IMG/VR virus record: IMGVR_UViG_3300030519_000020
Span: 1 to 57,262 of that record
Origin: a virus
Taxonomy: Duplodnaviria > Caudoviricetes
Length of the DNA: 57,262 bases
Reading direction: 5' to 3' (one strand)
Shown here: in pieces, positions 29,701-38,164 of the stretch
Layout of the letters: every line of letters starts with the position of its first letter
Numbering within the stretch: position 1 is the first letter of the stretch
Notes under the pieces: generated by a model
Told to the model about the DNA's origin: nothing
The model's database searches: none
The model's input: the letters and a program-made list of their open reading frames with translations, nothing else
Position numbers and translations under genes: made by a program

Positions 29701-29929
29701 TGATTTCGGGGCACCTGGATATCCAATTACTGTCATCGGGATCAAACCGATGGATGCTTTTGTGGACGAACTGGAACGAGTTCACATGATTCTGACTTGT
29801 CCGCTATTTGTGCAGGGTCCGATTGATGGCGGAGCGCCTGATACGACCGTGTGGGGGGAACCCCTTGATGGTGGTGTCCCTGGAACGAATTTCCGTGGAA
29901 ACCTTTTGGACCTTGGAGGCGTGTCATGA
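26723..29929 (+). CDS. tail nozzle/tubular-B-like protein with inserted domains
   Basis: 1068 aa; N-terminal ENLDVRGG; YCTTY..ESGPS; C-terminal propeller-like motifs (DAWVPEF, LYLSDQGI). Confidence 0.7.
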   Translation: MPKSFKVSVAGGISAVVDTAFSDGKHVAYMENLDVRGGKATPYQMPLVNPNISVPDNSVQVFSYRQRLLFSDARRSYAAEYEDNRERIYWTEYGGNPKKMIDGTIVPLGTVRPDVPPGLNTGTAVSPSNILATVTTGGSLAKGTEVTFRLAYQTAFGVLPPSGTVQPTISTDGSLVTLTWNNPIMDTPATQILLFMGVVGGDEKLLANLMPKVTSYSYPDPLTASGELASDYDQSVSYEYCTTYTRNVNGVVDESGPSSPSPSVLAKSSRQVTVSPWAEGILASENTITWTIPFHLQTITSLLGYSSDGGSTNKIGVNSIALETGTNRVLVTFAANHNFYNGQHLFFTGLTPNPFSDTVTTLAGSFVTGTVYTISSVGTTDFTAIGATSNTVGVVFTATGTGYGTGQATYTENIPAEIQVLSPTVEDTSSAPMLNTCYLLMGTDFVCPGSGLSGVYAYAVPQVGIASFNYNAQAGTLAMQTAVPHSFNAEKVLFTGFTDSSWNSQLINVMCDPNNVNQLFVDGRSIPSDLNFSLEAASLVSGTTYQIVTTGTTDFTAIGAANSNLGTFFVATGAGTGSGLATAHFANLAITAVVLDVGGVSTTGTTLASDIVARTSYMIASVGNTDFTAIGAPNNAVGVTFFATAAGAGTGTVTPCPIIGDVLYFDMVINSITTQDAHAVLASPQNSFLLNAYMAGVTSSPGTAYQPGVDGVSSTALQFVPFNDYLVYRNIYRAGGTTSFQLCKQLEMDDLTFLDAVPDQGLGVVLPTLFTYNGVDVVYEPASFGLSGLTQHNGMGFAFDPGSNRVVWTPLNNMDAWVPEFYKDFDYRVLALASYNQALCVFCESGIYRADGSDPTNLVWSPTKAAPCRAGGSVQMLNNRILYLSDQGIMRFNGQESECLTDLQIPGDFWLANSRYLGSTDPGQYLVPPLQNAAYERLRGADLPGVTPRDLMPYTVARFIQQDGLRSFIKYGKYYLYWGGDYPEFAAQTMLCIDFGAPGYPITVIGIKPMDAFVDELERVHMILTCPLFVQGPIDGGAPDTTVWGEPLDGGVPGTNFRGNLLDLGGVS

Positions 29930-30855
29930 CCTTTACGCAGACCCAGTGGCGTCGTGGAACAGCCGCCTTGTGGACTTCAGTGAACCCGATCCTGGCTATG
30001 GCAGAATGGGGGGTGGAAACCGATACCGGGTTGGCAAAACTCGGAGACGGGGCCACCAATTGGGTATCCCTGGCCTATTTTCAGAGGGGTCCGCAGGGTA
30101 TTCAGGGTATTCAAGGCCCGACTGGTGCCACCGGTCCGGCAGGGGCCAATGGGACGAACGGGACCAATGGCGCTACCGGGGCGACCGGTGCCACTGGATC
30201 TGTGTCTGCTGCTACCAAGCTGACATTCACGCCAACCACCAATGCGAGCCCCACCCAAGGCGATACTTGGGTGGACCCGACCCAGCAAACGCTGTGCGCA
30301 TCGGAAGGTGCTAGCGGAACGCCGGTAACGGTCTACAAGAGCGGTGTCATTGCCAAGGGGTCAGGTGTCGGGACCACTGTCACCTTCACCACCGCTACCA
30401 CCTACTACTCCGTCCTGTCCGGGAATGTCTCCCTCGGGTCGCTGACCCTGCCGGCCAATTTCTTCGTGGCGAAGAAGTCCGTCAAAGTGGAGTTGTGGCT
30501 GACCATCCCTACGACTTCGGCTGCCAACCTAACATTTAAGCCGCTGTTCAATGGTGTGTCGCTCGGGACGCTGGCTTCTGGGACTACCCTGGCGGCTGGG
30601 GCAACCACCAGCATGAAGGTGGAACTGGTCATCAGTTGCTCCGCTGCTGGGGCGTCCGGAGCCTTCTCCTGGAGCCTGTCCTACTGGGGATCTAACGCAT
30701 CTGGGGCAGTATTCGCGGGGGCTACGCCAGAGACGGCTAGCACTACGGCTATCAGCACTCTGACCAGTGGAGTTATCGACCTCCAGGCCACCCTTAGCGC
30801 GAATTCCTCCGTGTCTGTGGGCGTTCAGAATATAGTGGTAACCGAGATGGGCTAA
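29926..30855 (+). CDS. tail fibre with Mtd_N/hyaluronidase-N-like domain and collagen repeat
   Basis: QWRRGTAALWTSVNPILAMAEWGVETDTGLAKLGDG; GXY triplets. Confidence 0.85.
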   Translation: MTFTQTQWRRGTAALWTSVNPILAMAEWGVETDTGLAKLGDGATNWVSLAYFQRGPQGIQGIQGPTGATGPAGANGTNGTNGATGATGATGSVSAATKLTFTPTTNASPTQGDTWVDPTQQTLCASEGASGTPVTVYKSGVIAKGSGVGTTVTFTTATTYYSVLSGNVSLGSLTLPANFFVAKKSVKVELWLTIPTTSAANLTFKPLFNGVSLGTLASGTTLAAGATTSMKVELVISCSAAGASGAFSWSLSYWGSNASGAVFAGATPETASTTAISTLTSGVIDLQATLSANSSVSVGVQNIVVTEMG

Positions 30856-30858
30856 ACT

Positions 30859-32382
30859 ATGGCTGATTCGCATATCCCGTTTCCTGTTCCACCCGACAAC
30901 TCGGTCGAGTCTCTGCGCATCGCATTCCAACAGCTTGCGCAAAGTACAGAGAAACACGTGGGGACGGTTACCTCAACAGTCACGTCTAGTGGGGGCGTGG
31001 GTTCGGCAGCAGGGTCAGCCGGTTCTGCCGGGGTGCAGGGGGCCAAGGGCACTGCTGCTACCATTGAGATAGGGACCGTAACGACAGGACTCCCTGGAAC
31101 GTCTGCTGTGGTAAGCAATTCTGGGACGGACTACGCCGCAATATTCGACTTCACCATTCCCCAGGGAGACACTGGGGCGACCGGGGCGACAGGCGATACT
31201 GGTCCTACGGGAGCCACTGGGCCACAGGGGATTACGGGTCCGCAGGGCCCAACCGGGCCTTCGGGCGGTGGCGGTGGGACGACTGGCCCTACTGGGCCAA
31301 CCGGCCCTCAAGGCCCAACAGGTCCGCAGGGGCCAACAGGTCCTGTTGGTTCGACTGGTCCCCAAGGGCCAACTGGAGCAACTGGTCTAACCGGTGCCAC
31401 AGGTCCGCAAGGTCCCATCGGCCTTACGGGACCAGCTGGCCCTGCTGGGACTACCGGACCCACAGGGTTAACTGGGGCAACAGGACCACAGGGGACGACT
31501 GGCCCTACTGGGCCGGCCGGCGCAACGGGCGCCACGGCCTTTAACGCCGCTGGAACCGCCCCTGCCTACACCCTGACCCCGTCCCCGGCGCTCACGGCCC
31601 TGGCCACAAACGACTGCTACAACGTGACCTTCAGCGCGGCCGGAACCACCGGCTCGAACACCCTGAACGTGTCGGGCCTGGGCGCCAAAGCCCTCATGCA
31701 ATACGACCTCAACGGCGCCCTGGTGGCCGCGGTGATCACCTCCGGGCTGATCGCCGTCTGCCAGTACAACGGCACCTACTGGGTGGTGCTGGACGCCCTG
31801 CCGTCCTCGACGATCAGCAGCACGCAGCAGACCCTCGTAGCCAATGAGGGGGCGGTCGCGAACCCTGTTCCCATCTTCAAGGCGGGGGTACTATCGGCAC
31901 TCAAAAATACTAATTTAATCACCCACACGGCTGGCGGCACCTTCTCGACACTGGTTGCCGCAAATTTCCTGAACACACTGGTAATCCCAGCTAATTTCTT
32001 TGTTCCCGGGAAAACTGTAAAAGTTGACATGTTCTTGGCCGAGGCGATAACGACTGCGGGCAATCTCACCATCTATGGTTCGGTGGGGTTAGCCAACTAC
32101 TTATCCGCTGTCGTTGCGCTTCCTATTGGAGCCAGCAATATTAAGGTAGAGCTGTGGCTTACCTGCCTGACTGCGGGGAGCTCTGGCGTGGCGTCGTTCG
32201 AGGCCGCGATGTTCACGTTCGTGGCTTTCGGATCGGGGCTCCCAACTTTCACTTCAACAATCCTCAAAATTACTAGCGGAATCTCAACTCTCGTCCCCAA
32301 CACGATTGATCTGCCGCTCTACACTCCTGCCGCCATCGGCACGTCCCTCGTCAGCGTTGCCGCAGTGAGCGTCATCGGATAA
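30859..32382 (+). CDS. collagen-like tail fibre
   Basis: Long GPT/GPQ/GAT repeats; [12 protein letters not shown] fibre motif. Confidence 0.85.
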   Translation: MADSHIPFPVPPDNSVESLRIAFQQLAQSTEKHVGTVTSTVTSSGGVGSAAGSAGSAGVQGAKGTAATIEIGTVTTGLPGTSAVVSNSGTDYAAIFDFTIPQGDTGATGATGDTGPTGATGPQGITGPQGPTGPSGGGGGTTGPTGPTGPQGPTGPQGPTGPVGSTGPQGPTGATGLTGATGPQGPIGLTGPAGPAGTTGPTGLTGATGPQGTTGPTGPAGATGATAFNAAGTAPAYTLTPSPALTALATNDCYNVTFSAAGTTGSNTLNVSGLGAKALMQYDLNGALVAAVITSGLIAVCQYNGTYWVVLDALPSSTISSTQQTLVANEGAVANPVPIFKAGVLSALKNTNLITHTAGGTFSTLVAANFLNTLVIPANFFVPGKTVKVDMFLAEAITTAGNLTIYGSVGLANYLSAVVALPIGASNIKVELWLTCLTAGSSGVASFEAAMFTFVAFGSGLPTFTSTILKITSGISTLVPNTIDLPLYTPAAIGTSLVSVAAVSVIG

Positions 32383-32391
32383 GGAGATAAA

Positions 32392-32787
32392 ATGTTTGCC
32401 TACAACAAAAACGGACTAAACTGCTATCCGGTAGACCCTGGCTCGACGATCGTTCCCGGCGAGGTGTGGTTCCCCGTCGCCCATGCCTCACCAACCGATC
32501 TAACCGCCGCATTCCCGGGCTACCCGGCCGCCGTCCAGGTCCAGACCCTGACCGCCCAGATCTCGGCGCTGCAACTCCGGATCGATGCGCTGGACGGGGG
32601 CACCCAGGCCCGCTCGGTCCGTGCCGGCCTGCTCGCCGTCCTTCCGGCCGGCAATGCTGATCTGGCCCGGCTCCAGGCCCTGGAGACGTCCATCGTGCCA
32701 CTGAGGGCGGAGATCGCCCCGCTGCAAACCCAGCTCGCGGCGACCCAGGCGGCCCTGACGGCGGCGACCACCCCGGCGGCGTCATGA
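32392..32787 (+). CDS. tail-fibre chaperone-like protein
   Basis: Follows the fibre; C-terminal ARSVR..LQALETSI..LRAE coiled coil. Confidence 0.6.
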   Translation: MFAYNKNGLNCYPVDPGSTIVPGEVWFPVAHASPTDLTAAFPGYPAAVQVQTLTAQISALQLRIDALDGGTQARSVRAGLLAVLPAGNADLARLQALETSIVPLRAEIAPLQTQLAATQAALTAATTPAAS

Positions 32788-33338
32788 GTAGCCGCTGGAA
32801 CATCCTCTGGGTGGCTCCCTGGGGTCTGGCCTCCTGGCTCCTGGTGGAGGTGGCCGTATTCATCCCTCTGTTTCTGCTTGGACTCGCACTGCTCCCTGTG
32901 TTGCTCAAATGGGCGCCCATCGTTCATACAGAAAGCCGGGTCAACGCCGGCCAGCAGATCGAGATGTTCCGTTGGAGGTGGGCACAGACGATATGGGGGA
33001 ACTGGGAGGACGGGCTGTTGCCGGCGTGGTGGGCGCAGCAGGGCGGTTCTCGCTATTCATGGTTTATTCGGAACCCCGTGTGCAACATGCGGTTCTGGCC
33101 TATCGTTTCCACTATGCCGTCCACAGGTGTCCGCTGGTGTGGCAACGTATCCGCTATCCCCCCTGACGGTTCACCTGGATGGTTTGTTGCATGGCAGGGC
33201 GGGTATGTTGGAATACGATGGCAGTGTAAATCATGGGGTATATGGGTAGGGTGGAAATTGAACCCTGCGGATCGGAATGGGTGTGACGATTACCGCCGCT
33301 TCGGGATAGGTACAGCCTGTCAAATCATGAGGTTCTAA
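32784..33338 (+). CDS. Trp-rich membrane protein typical of post-fibre position
   Basis: N-terminal TM; WFIRNP and GWKL motifs. Confidence 0.65.
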   Translation: MSSRWNILWVAPWGLASWLLVEVAVFIPLFLLGLALLPVLLKWAPIVHTESRVNAGQQIEMFRWRWAQTIWGNWEDGLLPAWWAQQGGSRYSWFIRNPVCNMRFWPIVSTMPSTGVRWCGNVSAIPPDGSPGWFVAWQGGYVGIRWQCKSWGIWVGWKLNPADRNGCDDYRRFGIGTACQIMRF

Positions 33339-33372
33339 GAGGCTTGTGCTAAAATGGCGCATGGAGGGCCGG

Positions 33373-33774
33373 ATGTCACCTGACTTTGAGGCGTGGTTGA
33401 TGCGGGGGTTGGTGGTCGTCCTCCTGACCGTGATCGGGTATCTACTCATAGCGCTGAAGAATGGCCAAGACGAGAGAATCGACAAGATTGAATCCAAGCG
33501 CGATGAAGACAAAGTCCAATTCGGCGAGTCGTTGCGCCGTATCGTTGATAATTTCACATCAGAGAACAAGGAAACCAGAAGCGAGTTCAAGGCGGCAATC
33601 GAAGTTTTGACGAACAACCTTGAGAAGAACACGACAGCCCTGACCGAAATGAAAGTCGCCCTTGCCGCGAACTACTCGGATTTTGTGGCGGCCGATGTCT
33701 ACCGGCAGGACCAGAAGGAAATCTGGAATTCTTTTCGTGAATGCCAGGAAGCCCATAGTTGTCACCCCAAGTGA
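33373..33774 (+). CDS. single-TM coiled-coil protein (holin/antiholin-like)
   Basis: GLVVVLLTVIGYLLI TM; GGAGG RBS; extended -10 TGcTAAAAT upstream. Confidence 0.6.
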   Translation: MSPDFEAWLMRGLVVVLLTVIGYLLIALKNGQDERIDKIESKRDEDKVQFGESLRRIVDNFTSENKETRSEFKAAIEVLTNNLEKNTTALTEMKVALAANYSDFVAADVYRQDQKEIWNSFRECQEAHSCHPK

Positions 33775-33861
33775 TGCCCTTGCCACGCCACTTGGTCTAC
33801 ACGTTTTGGCAACCCACCCACCCGCCCGCCGGAGCCACCGGCCATCTCCTAGGAGAACATC

Positions 33862-34695
33862 ATGGCTAAGACCCACGTTTTCAAGTTCCCGTTCTCGAAC
33901 CTCGTGTTCGTCGGGACCATCCAGAACAAGGCCGCGAATGGCCCCGGTTCCACCCTCTATGCCAATACCTCCACGGGTTACGGCAACCAGGGCTCGGTGC
34001 TGGTCGTCTCCAGCGTGACTTCGGGCGGCAACAACATCATCTACACGCCTCCCACCGCCCCGATTGCGGCCACGGCCATGGTCGCCGGCCTGACCTACAT
34101 CATCCAGACGCTGGGCACCACGAACTACCTGCTGTGCGGCTCCCCGTCCAATTCCCCCGGGCAGGCGTTCACCGCGACCGTGGCTGGCATCGGGACCGGA
34201 ACCGTCCTGCTGTCCATGGACTCTCTGCTCCTGAACGCTCCTGGCGTTCCGGCTGGCGTCCACATTGTCGGCTGTGACGGCACTGGCACCCCGGGGGGTG
34301 CGAGCAACTACTACCTGGACAACGTGACCCCGATCTATATCCCGGGTGGCATCAGCATGACCCAGGGCCGTCACTTCCGGAACCAGGTTTCGGCTATCGC
34401 TTCGTTCCCTGAGTCGGTTACTGAGCCCCTTCAGACCGTGGTGATCAGCCAGTTCTCGGCTGATACCGGCAGTGTGGCCAGCACCTACGTCCAGGGCAGT
34501 GTGGATGGCGGGCAGAACTGGGTTGCTGTCTCCAGCGCCCTGGCCCTCACCACCGCTGCCCCGACCAATACCTGGCAGTCTTCGGCTTCGGCTACCTATG
34601 CAGCCTACGACACGTTCCGCATCCTCAACGGGACCGTGACGGGCCTCGCCAGCGTCGGCGGAACCATCCGCGCCTTGAATATGTTTACCCGGTAG
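33862..34695 (+). CDS. putative virion decoration protein
   Basis: AGGAG RBS; capsid-like codon bias; VQGSVDGGQNWV motif. Confidence 0.7.
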   Translation: MAKTHVFKFPFSNLVFVGTIQNKAANGPGSTLYANTSTGYGNQGSVLVVSSVTSGGNNIIYTPPTAPIAATAMVAGLTYIIQTLGTTNYLLCGSPSNSPGQAFTATVAGIGTGTVLLSMDSLLLNAPGVPAGVHIVGCDGTGTPGGASNYYLDNVTPIYIPGGISMTQGRHFRNQVSAIASFPESVTEPLQTVVISQFSADTGSVASTYVQGSVDGGQNWVAVSSALALTTAAPTNTWQSSASATYAAYDTFRILNGTVTGLASVGGTIRALNMFTR

Positions 34696-34736
34696 GACCA
34701 CGGGGGGAGCGATCCCCCCAACTATCTGAGGGCCAG

Positions 34737-35777
34737 ATGATCCTAGCCACGATTACCATGACTTCGAACCGCGAGAACATCATTGGTGATGCTCTGCGGA
34801 GCGTGGTGGGATTTGCTGACCTTTGTATTCTGGTTGACCTTGGGATTACCGACAACACCGTGCAGGTGGCACGGGAGATCGTTGGGGACAAACTCCGGGT
34901 CGTCAAATATCAGGAAGTTCCCAGTCCTCGCAATTTCGGGCTGGATGCGGCGGCTGAGATGGGCGCGGATTGGGCCTGCACCTTGGACACCGATGAGCGG
35001 ATGCACTTTGATGGCGTTGACATCAAAGATGCGCTAGAGAAGATCGGGGCCGGGACTGTCCTAGTCCCTCACGATTCTGGGTGCTACTGCAAGGAACGGT
35101 TCTTCAAACTCCCGGCGCTGGACAAGTTCATCGGCTACGTCCATGAATGCGTTCCCCCTGTCAATACTCCCCAGGTCTACATGAATGGGGTATGCTTTTC
35201 TGAACTGCCGAAGTCTGCGGAACTGGCTCATGAAAAGGCTGAGTCCATCGTGGATTCCCTCACAAAAAGCACAGAGGAAGATCCGGGTAACCCCAGGTGG
35301 TGGTATTACCTGGGCGACACCCTATCCACCCTGGGGCGACTCGATGAGGCGCTACACGCCTTCCAGGCATGCGCGGAGTTGAATGGTTGGGACGAGGAAT
35401 CGGCCTGGGCATGTTTCCGAGCGGCCACCATTCTAGCCGAGCAGCACCAGCCGTTCGAGGCTATCGAGACGTGCGCCAAGGGCCTTGCCAGATACCCTGC
35501 CATGGCAGAACTCGCTTGGCTGGCCGGGGAAATTGCTTTCGCTGGTGCGCAGTATGGTAAGGCTATCTACTGGGCCAGAATGGCTGTGGCAAACGGGATC
35601 AATGATGGCGAACATACGATCCGCCCTCGTATCGGGTACCGACATGTGTTCGGGCTTACGGCGGGTCCGTATTGCCTGATGGTCAAGGCATACAATGCCC
35701 TTGGCATGACCGCAGAAAAGGAAAGTTGTGAGAAGGTTCTCAACAGGTTGAATGCCAAGGAGGCTGATCATGCCTAA
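34737..35777 (+). CDS. GT2 glycosyltransferase with TPR repeats
   Basis: RNFGLD..WACTLDTDE (DXD), GYVHE, DPGNPRWWYYLGDT and further TPR helices. Confidence 0.85.
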   Translation: MILATITMTSNRENIIGDALRSVVGFADLCILVDLGITDNTVQVAREIVGDKLRVVKYQEVPSPRNFGLDAAAEMGADWACTLDTDERMHFDGVDIKDALEKIGAGTVLVPHDSGCYCKERFFKLPALDKFIGYVHECVPPVNTPQVYMNGVCFSELPKSAELAHEKAESIVDSLTKSTEEDPGNPRWWYYLGDTLSTLGRLDEALHAFQACAELNGWDEESAWACFRAATILAEQHQPFEAIETCAKGLARYPAMAELAWLAGEIAFAGAQYGKAIYWARMAVANGINDGEHTIRPRIGYRHVFGLTAGPYCLMVKAYNALGMTAEKESCEKVLNRLNAKEADHA

Positions 35778-36597
35778 GACCACATACCAGTATTCCAATA
35801 ACAATGTGTCAGCGGTTTCTACCAACTACTGCATGGGCATCATTGAGGCTGGGCCCACGAAGAAGTTGCAACTCCAGAGACTTTCCCTTTGGAACCCTGG
35901 CATGATGACGACCGCGCAGTTGACGACCATCACCATTTACCAGCAGACGACCGTTGGATCCGGGACAACTGGAACGGCCCCCCCCCGGGATCCCAACAAC
36001 CCGGCATTCAGTGGCACCATTCGCGTGGCGGGGGCTACCGCTGGGACGTTAGGGGTTGCGCTCGGGTCGTTCGTTGTGTGGGTCCCCGCTGCGCTCGGGC
36101 CATTCGCTTCTGCCATCCTGGACCTCACCAATGAGGGCCTAGTCCAGCCTCCTACGATTGACCCGGGTCTTGTTGCCGCGCTTGCGGCATCGGCCATGGC
36201 CGGGACAAATTACTACATGATCGCGTCCCTCGGGAATACGGTCTGGAATACCTACGCGACGAACGGACTTGCCAGCCCTGTGGTGGGATCGATCTTCCAG
36301 GCTAGCGGCGCCGGGACCGGGACCGGGACCGTGACGCCTCTGGTCCTGGCCACTGCCCTTTCGGCTGGAGTCACTTATCAGATCGCGTCCATGGGGACGA
36401 CAACCCCGGCGCAGTGGATCGCGGTGGGGGCATCCGGATATGTGGCAGTAGGGACTACATTCAAGGCGACTGGAGCAGCCGTTGGAACCGGTTTGTGTGT
36501 GGCTATGACCTCTGGAGCCGGTATTGCGCTTGTGGTAACCAATGGGGCAGCGGGCGCTAATAACCTATCCTTCTCTTGCGAGATCACCGAAAGCTAG
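35770..36597 (+). CDS. putative virion protein with two copies of the ~50-aa inserted module
   Basis: AAGGAGG RBS; Thr/Gly/Ala-rich. Confidence 0.7.
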   Translation: MPKTTYQYSNNNVSAVSTNYCMGIIEAGPTKKLQLQRLSLWNPGMMTTAQLTTITIYQQTTVGSGTTGTAPPRDPNNPAFSGTIRVAGATAGTLGVALGSFVVWVPAALGPFASAILDLTNEGLVQPPTIDPGLVAALAASAMAGTNYYMIASLGNTVWNTYATNGLASPVVGSIFQASGAGTGTGTVTPLVLATALSAGVTYQIASMGTTTPAQWIAVGASGYVAVGTTFKATGAAVGTGLCVAMTSGAGIALVVTNGAAGANNLSFSCEITES

Positions 36598-36600
36598 GAC

Positions 36601-37029
36601 ATGAAACTCGTTGATGCCTATCCGGACTACCTGACCGCTGGGACCACGTTCCAGCGGTTGGCTCCGCCTAGCGCAACGACCGTCCTGGCTTATGCGACTT
36701 TCAATGAGGACCCCCACCGGCAACTGCTACCCTTCGTAGATACCGACCTGATCTATCCTGGACCGAATGGGGTGATAGGCGACCCGTCCGTGCTGCGCCG
36801 ATTCTACGGGGTGCGTTTCGGAGGCGGCGGGAAACTGTTCGTTCGGGCACTGGTCGATGCAACAGAAGTTGCACGTGGCTACGTTACCCTGGCAGAAGAT
36901 CCGAATCAGGCGTCCATCTTCCACCTCCCGAACGGGACATCCGGCTACGGGCTGAGGCTCCAGATCATCGGCCTAGCTTGGTGGCGCTTCTTCTACATCG
37001 ACTGGGATGCTGTGGGGGACGAGGAATGA
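36601..37029 (+). CDS. putative detached C-terminal domain of the tail nozzle
   Basis: GDPSVLRRFYGVRF..VRALVD..IFHLPNGTSGYGLRLQIIG. Confidence 0.5.
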   Translation: MKLVDAYPDYLTAGTTFQRLAPPSATTVLAYATFNEDPHRQLLPFVDTDLIYPGPNGVIGDPSVLRRFYGVRFGGGGKLFVRALVDATEVARGYVTLAEDPNQASIFHLPNGTSGYGLRLQIIGLAWWRFFYIDWDAVGDEE

Positions 37030-37505
37030 TTACGCATCAGATGGGCGCAAGCGGGTGGGGCGTGGTTGAGGCCAACCCTGATCTGTTGCGCTCGTTTGTC
37101 TACACGCTTGAGGAAGCGATCCTTGGGCGCGAACAGATTCTTGTTCCGGTGGTCCACAAGTTCGCTCACGGGCTGTATGTGCGGGAGATCGTGCTGAAGA
37201 AGGGGACGGCCCTGACCGGCCGGATCCACAAACAGGATGACTTCCAGGTGGTCTACTGGGGGGACATCTCCATCCTGACCGAGAACGGATTGCAGCGGTT
37301 CACGGGCCCGAACGGGTTCACTTCCAAGGCTGGCGTCAAACCGTATGCATTCGCTCATGAGGACACGTTCTACAGCACGATCCATCACACCCATTCGACT
37401 GACCTGAAAGAGATCGAACGGGAATTGTTCGAGGATGAGCCGCAGCATGCGCTGGACTTTGAAACCGGAGAGATTCTCCAGGGGGTGCTTCCATGTCGGC
37501 AATGA
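37026..37505 (+). CDS. cupin-like phage protein
   Basis: HKFAHGLYVREI..LTGRIHK..SKAGVK..AHEDT..TIH. Confidence 0.75.
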   Translation: MITHQMGASGWGVVEANPDLLRSFVYTLEEAILGREQILVPVVHKFAHGLYVREIVLKKGTALTGRIHKQDDFQVVYWGDISILTENGLQRFTGPNGFTSKAGVKPYAFAHEDTFYSTIHHTHSTDLKEIERELFEDEPQHALDFETGEILQGVLPCRQ

Positions 37506-38155
37506 TCGGTGTCGCGGCAGTTGGAGTAGGGGCAAGCATCTTCTCTGGGATCAGCAGCGGCAACGCAGCGAAGCGGGAGCGTGCAGCGGCGGAGCAGCAG
37601 TACCAGGAGAACCAGCAGATTGCCCAGGAAGTCAAACAGCAGGAAGCCGTGCCCCAGGCCGCTGAAGAAAACCTGCTCGGGGAATACCAGTCCAAGAACC
37701 TGACCCCAGAGGCGCAGATTGCCACGGATCGATTCAAGGCTGACTCGGCACAGACCCAGCGGAACATCCAGGGCAATGCTGGGATGACCGGGCAGGGTGT
37801 GGCCGGCGCCCGGGCCCTGACCACTTCGTTCAATACGGATGAGGGGTTGGCTGGTATCAGTCTCCAGGATGCCGTGGCGAAACGCCAGGGCACCTTGCAG
37901 ACGGCCCAGGCGCTCAAACAGACTCCAGGTTGGGCTAGCCTTGCCACCGGAGCGAATACCCAGATGGGGAATGCGCAGAATCAGTGGGCTAGTCAGGATT
38001 CCGACAAGTCCCAGAGCGCCTACGGGCAAGCGGCTACTGGGCTGGGGAATCTGGCTAAACTGTATCAGCCCCAGCAACAGCAGGGTGGGACCGTAGATGA
38101 CCAGACAGCAGAAAACTTGGCGACTCCGGCCGCTGGCACTGGAAGTTTTTTCTAG
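37493..38155 (+). CDS. ejection (internal virion) protein 1
   Basis: Gly/Ala hydrophobic N-terminus; Gln/Ala-rich. Confidence 0.7.
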   Translation: MSAMIGVAAVGVGASIFSGISSGNAAKRERAAAEQQYQENQQIAQEVKQQEAVPQAAEENLLGEYQSKNLTPEAQIATDRFKADSAQTQRNIQGNAGMTGQGVAGARALTTSFNTDEGLAGISLQDAVAKRQGTLQTAQALKQTPGWASLATGANTQMGNAQNQWASQDSDKSQSAYGQAATGLGNLAKLYQPQQQQGGTVDDQTAENLATPAAGTGSFF

Positions 38156-38164
38156 GAGGGGATC

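Noticed and set aside
29926-32382. Diversity-generating retroelement suggested by the Mtd_N-like domain
   Set aside because: No reverse transcriptase and no TR/VR pair differing at adenines was seen.
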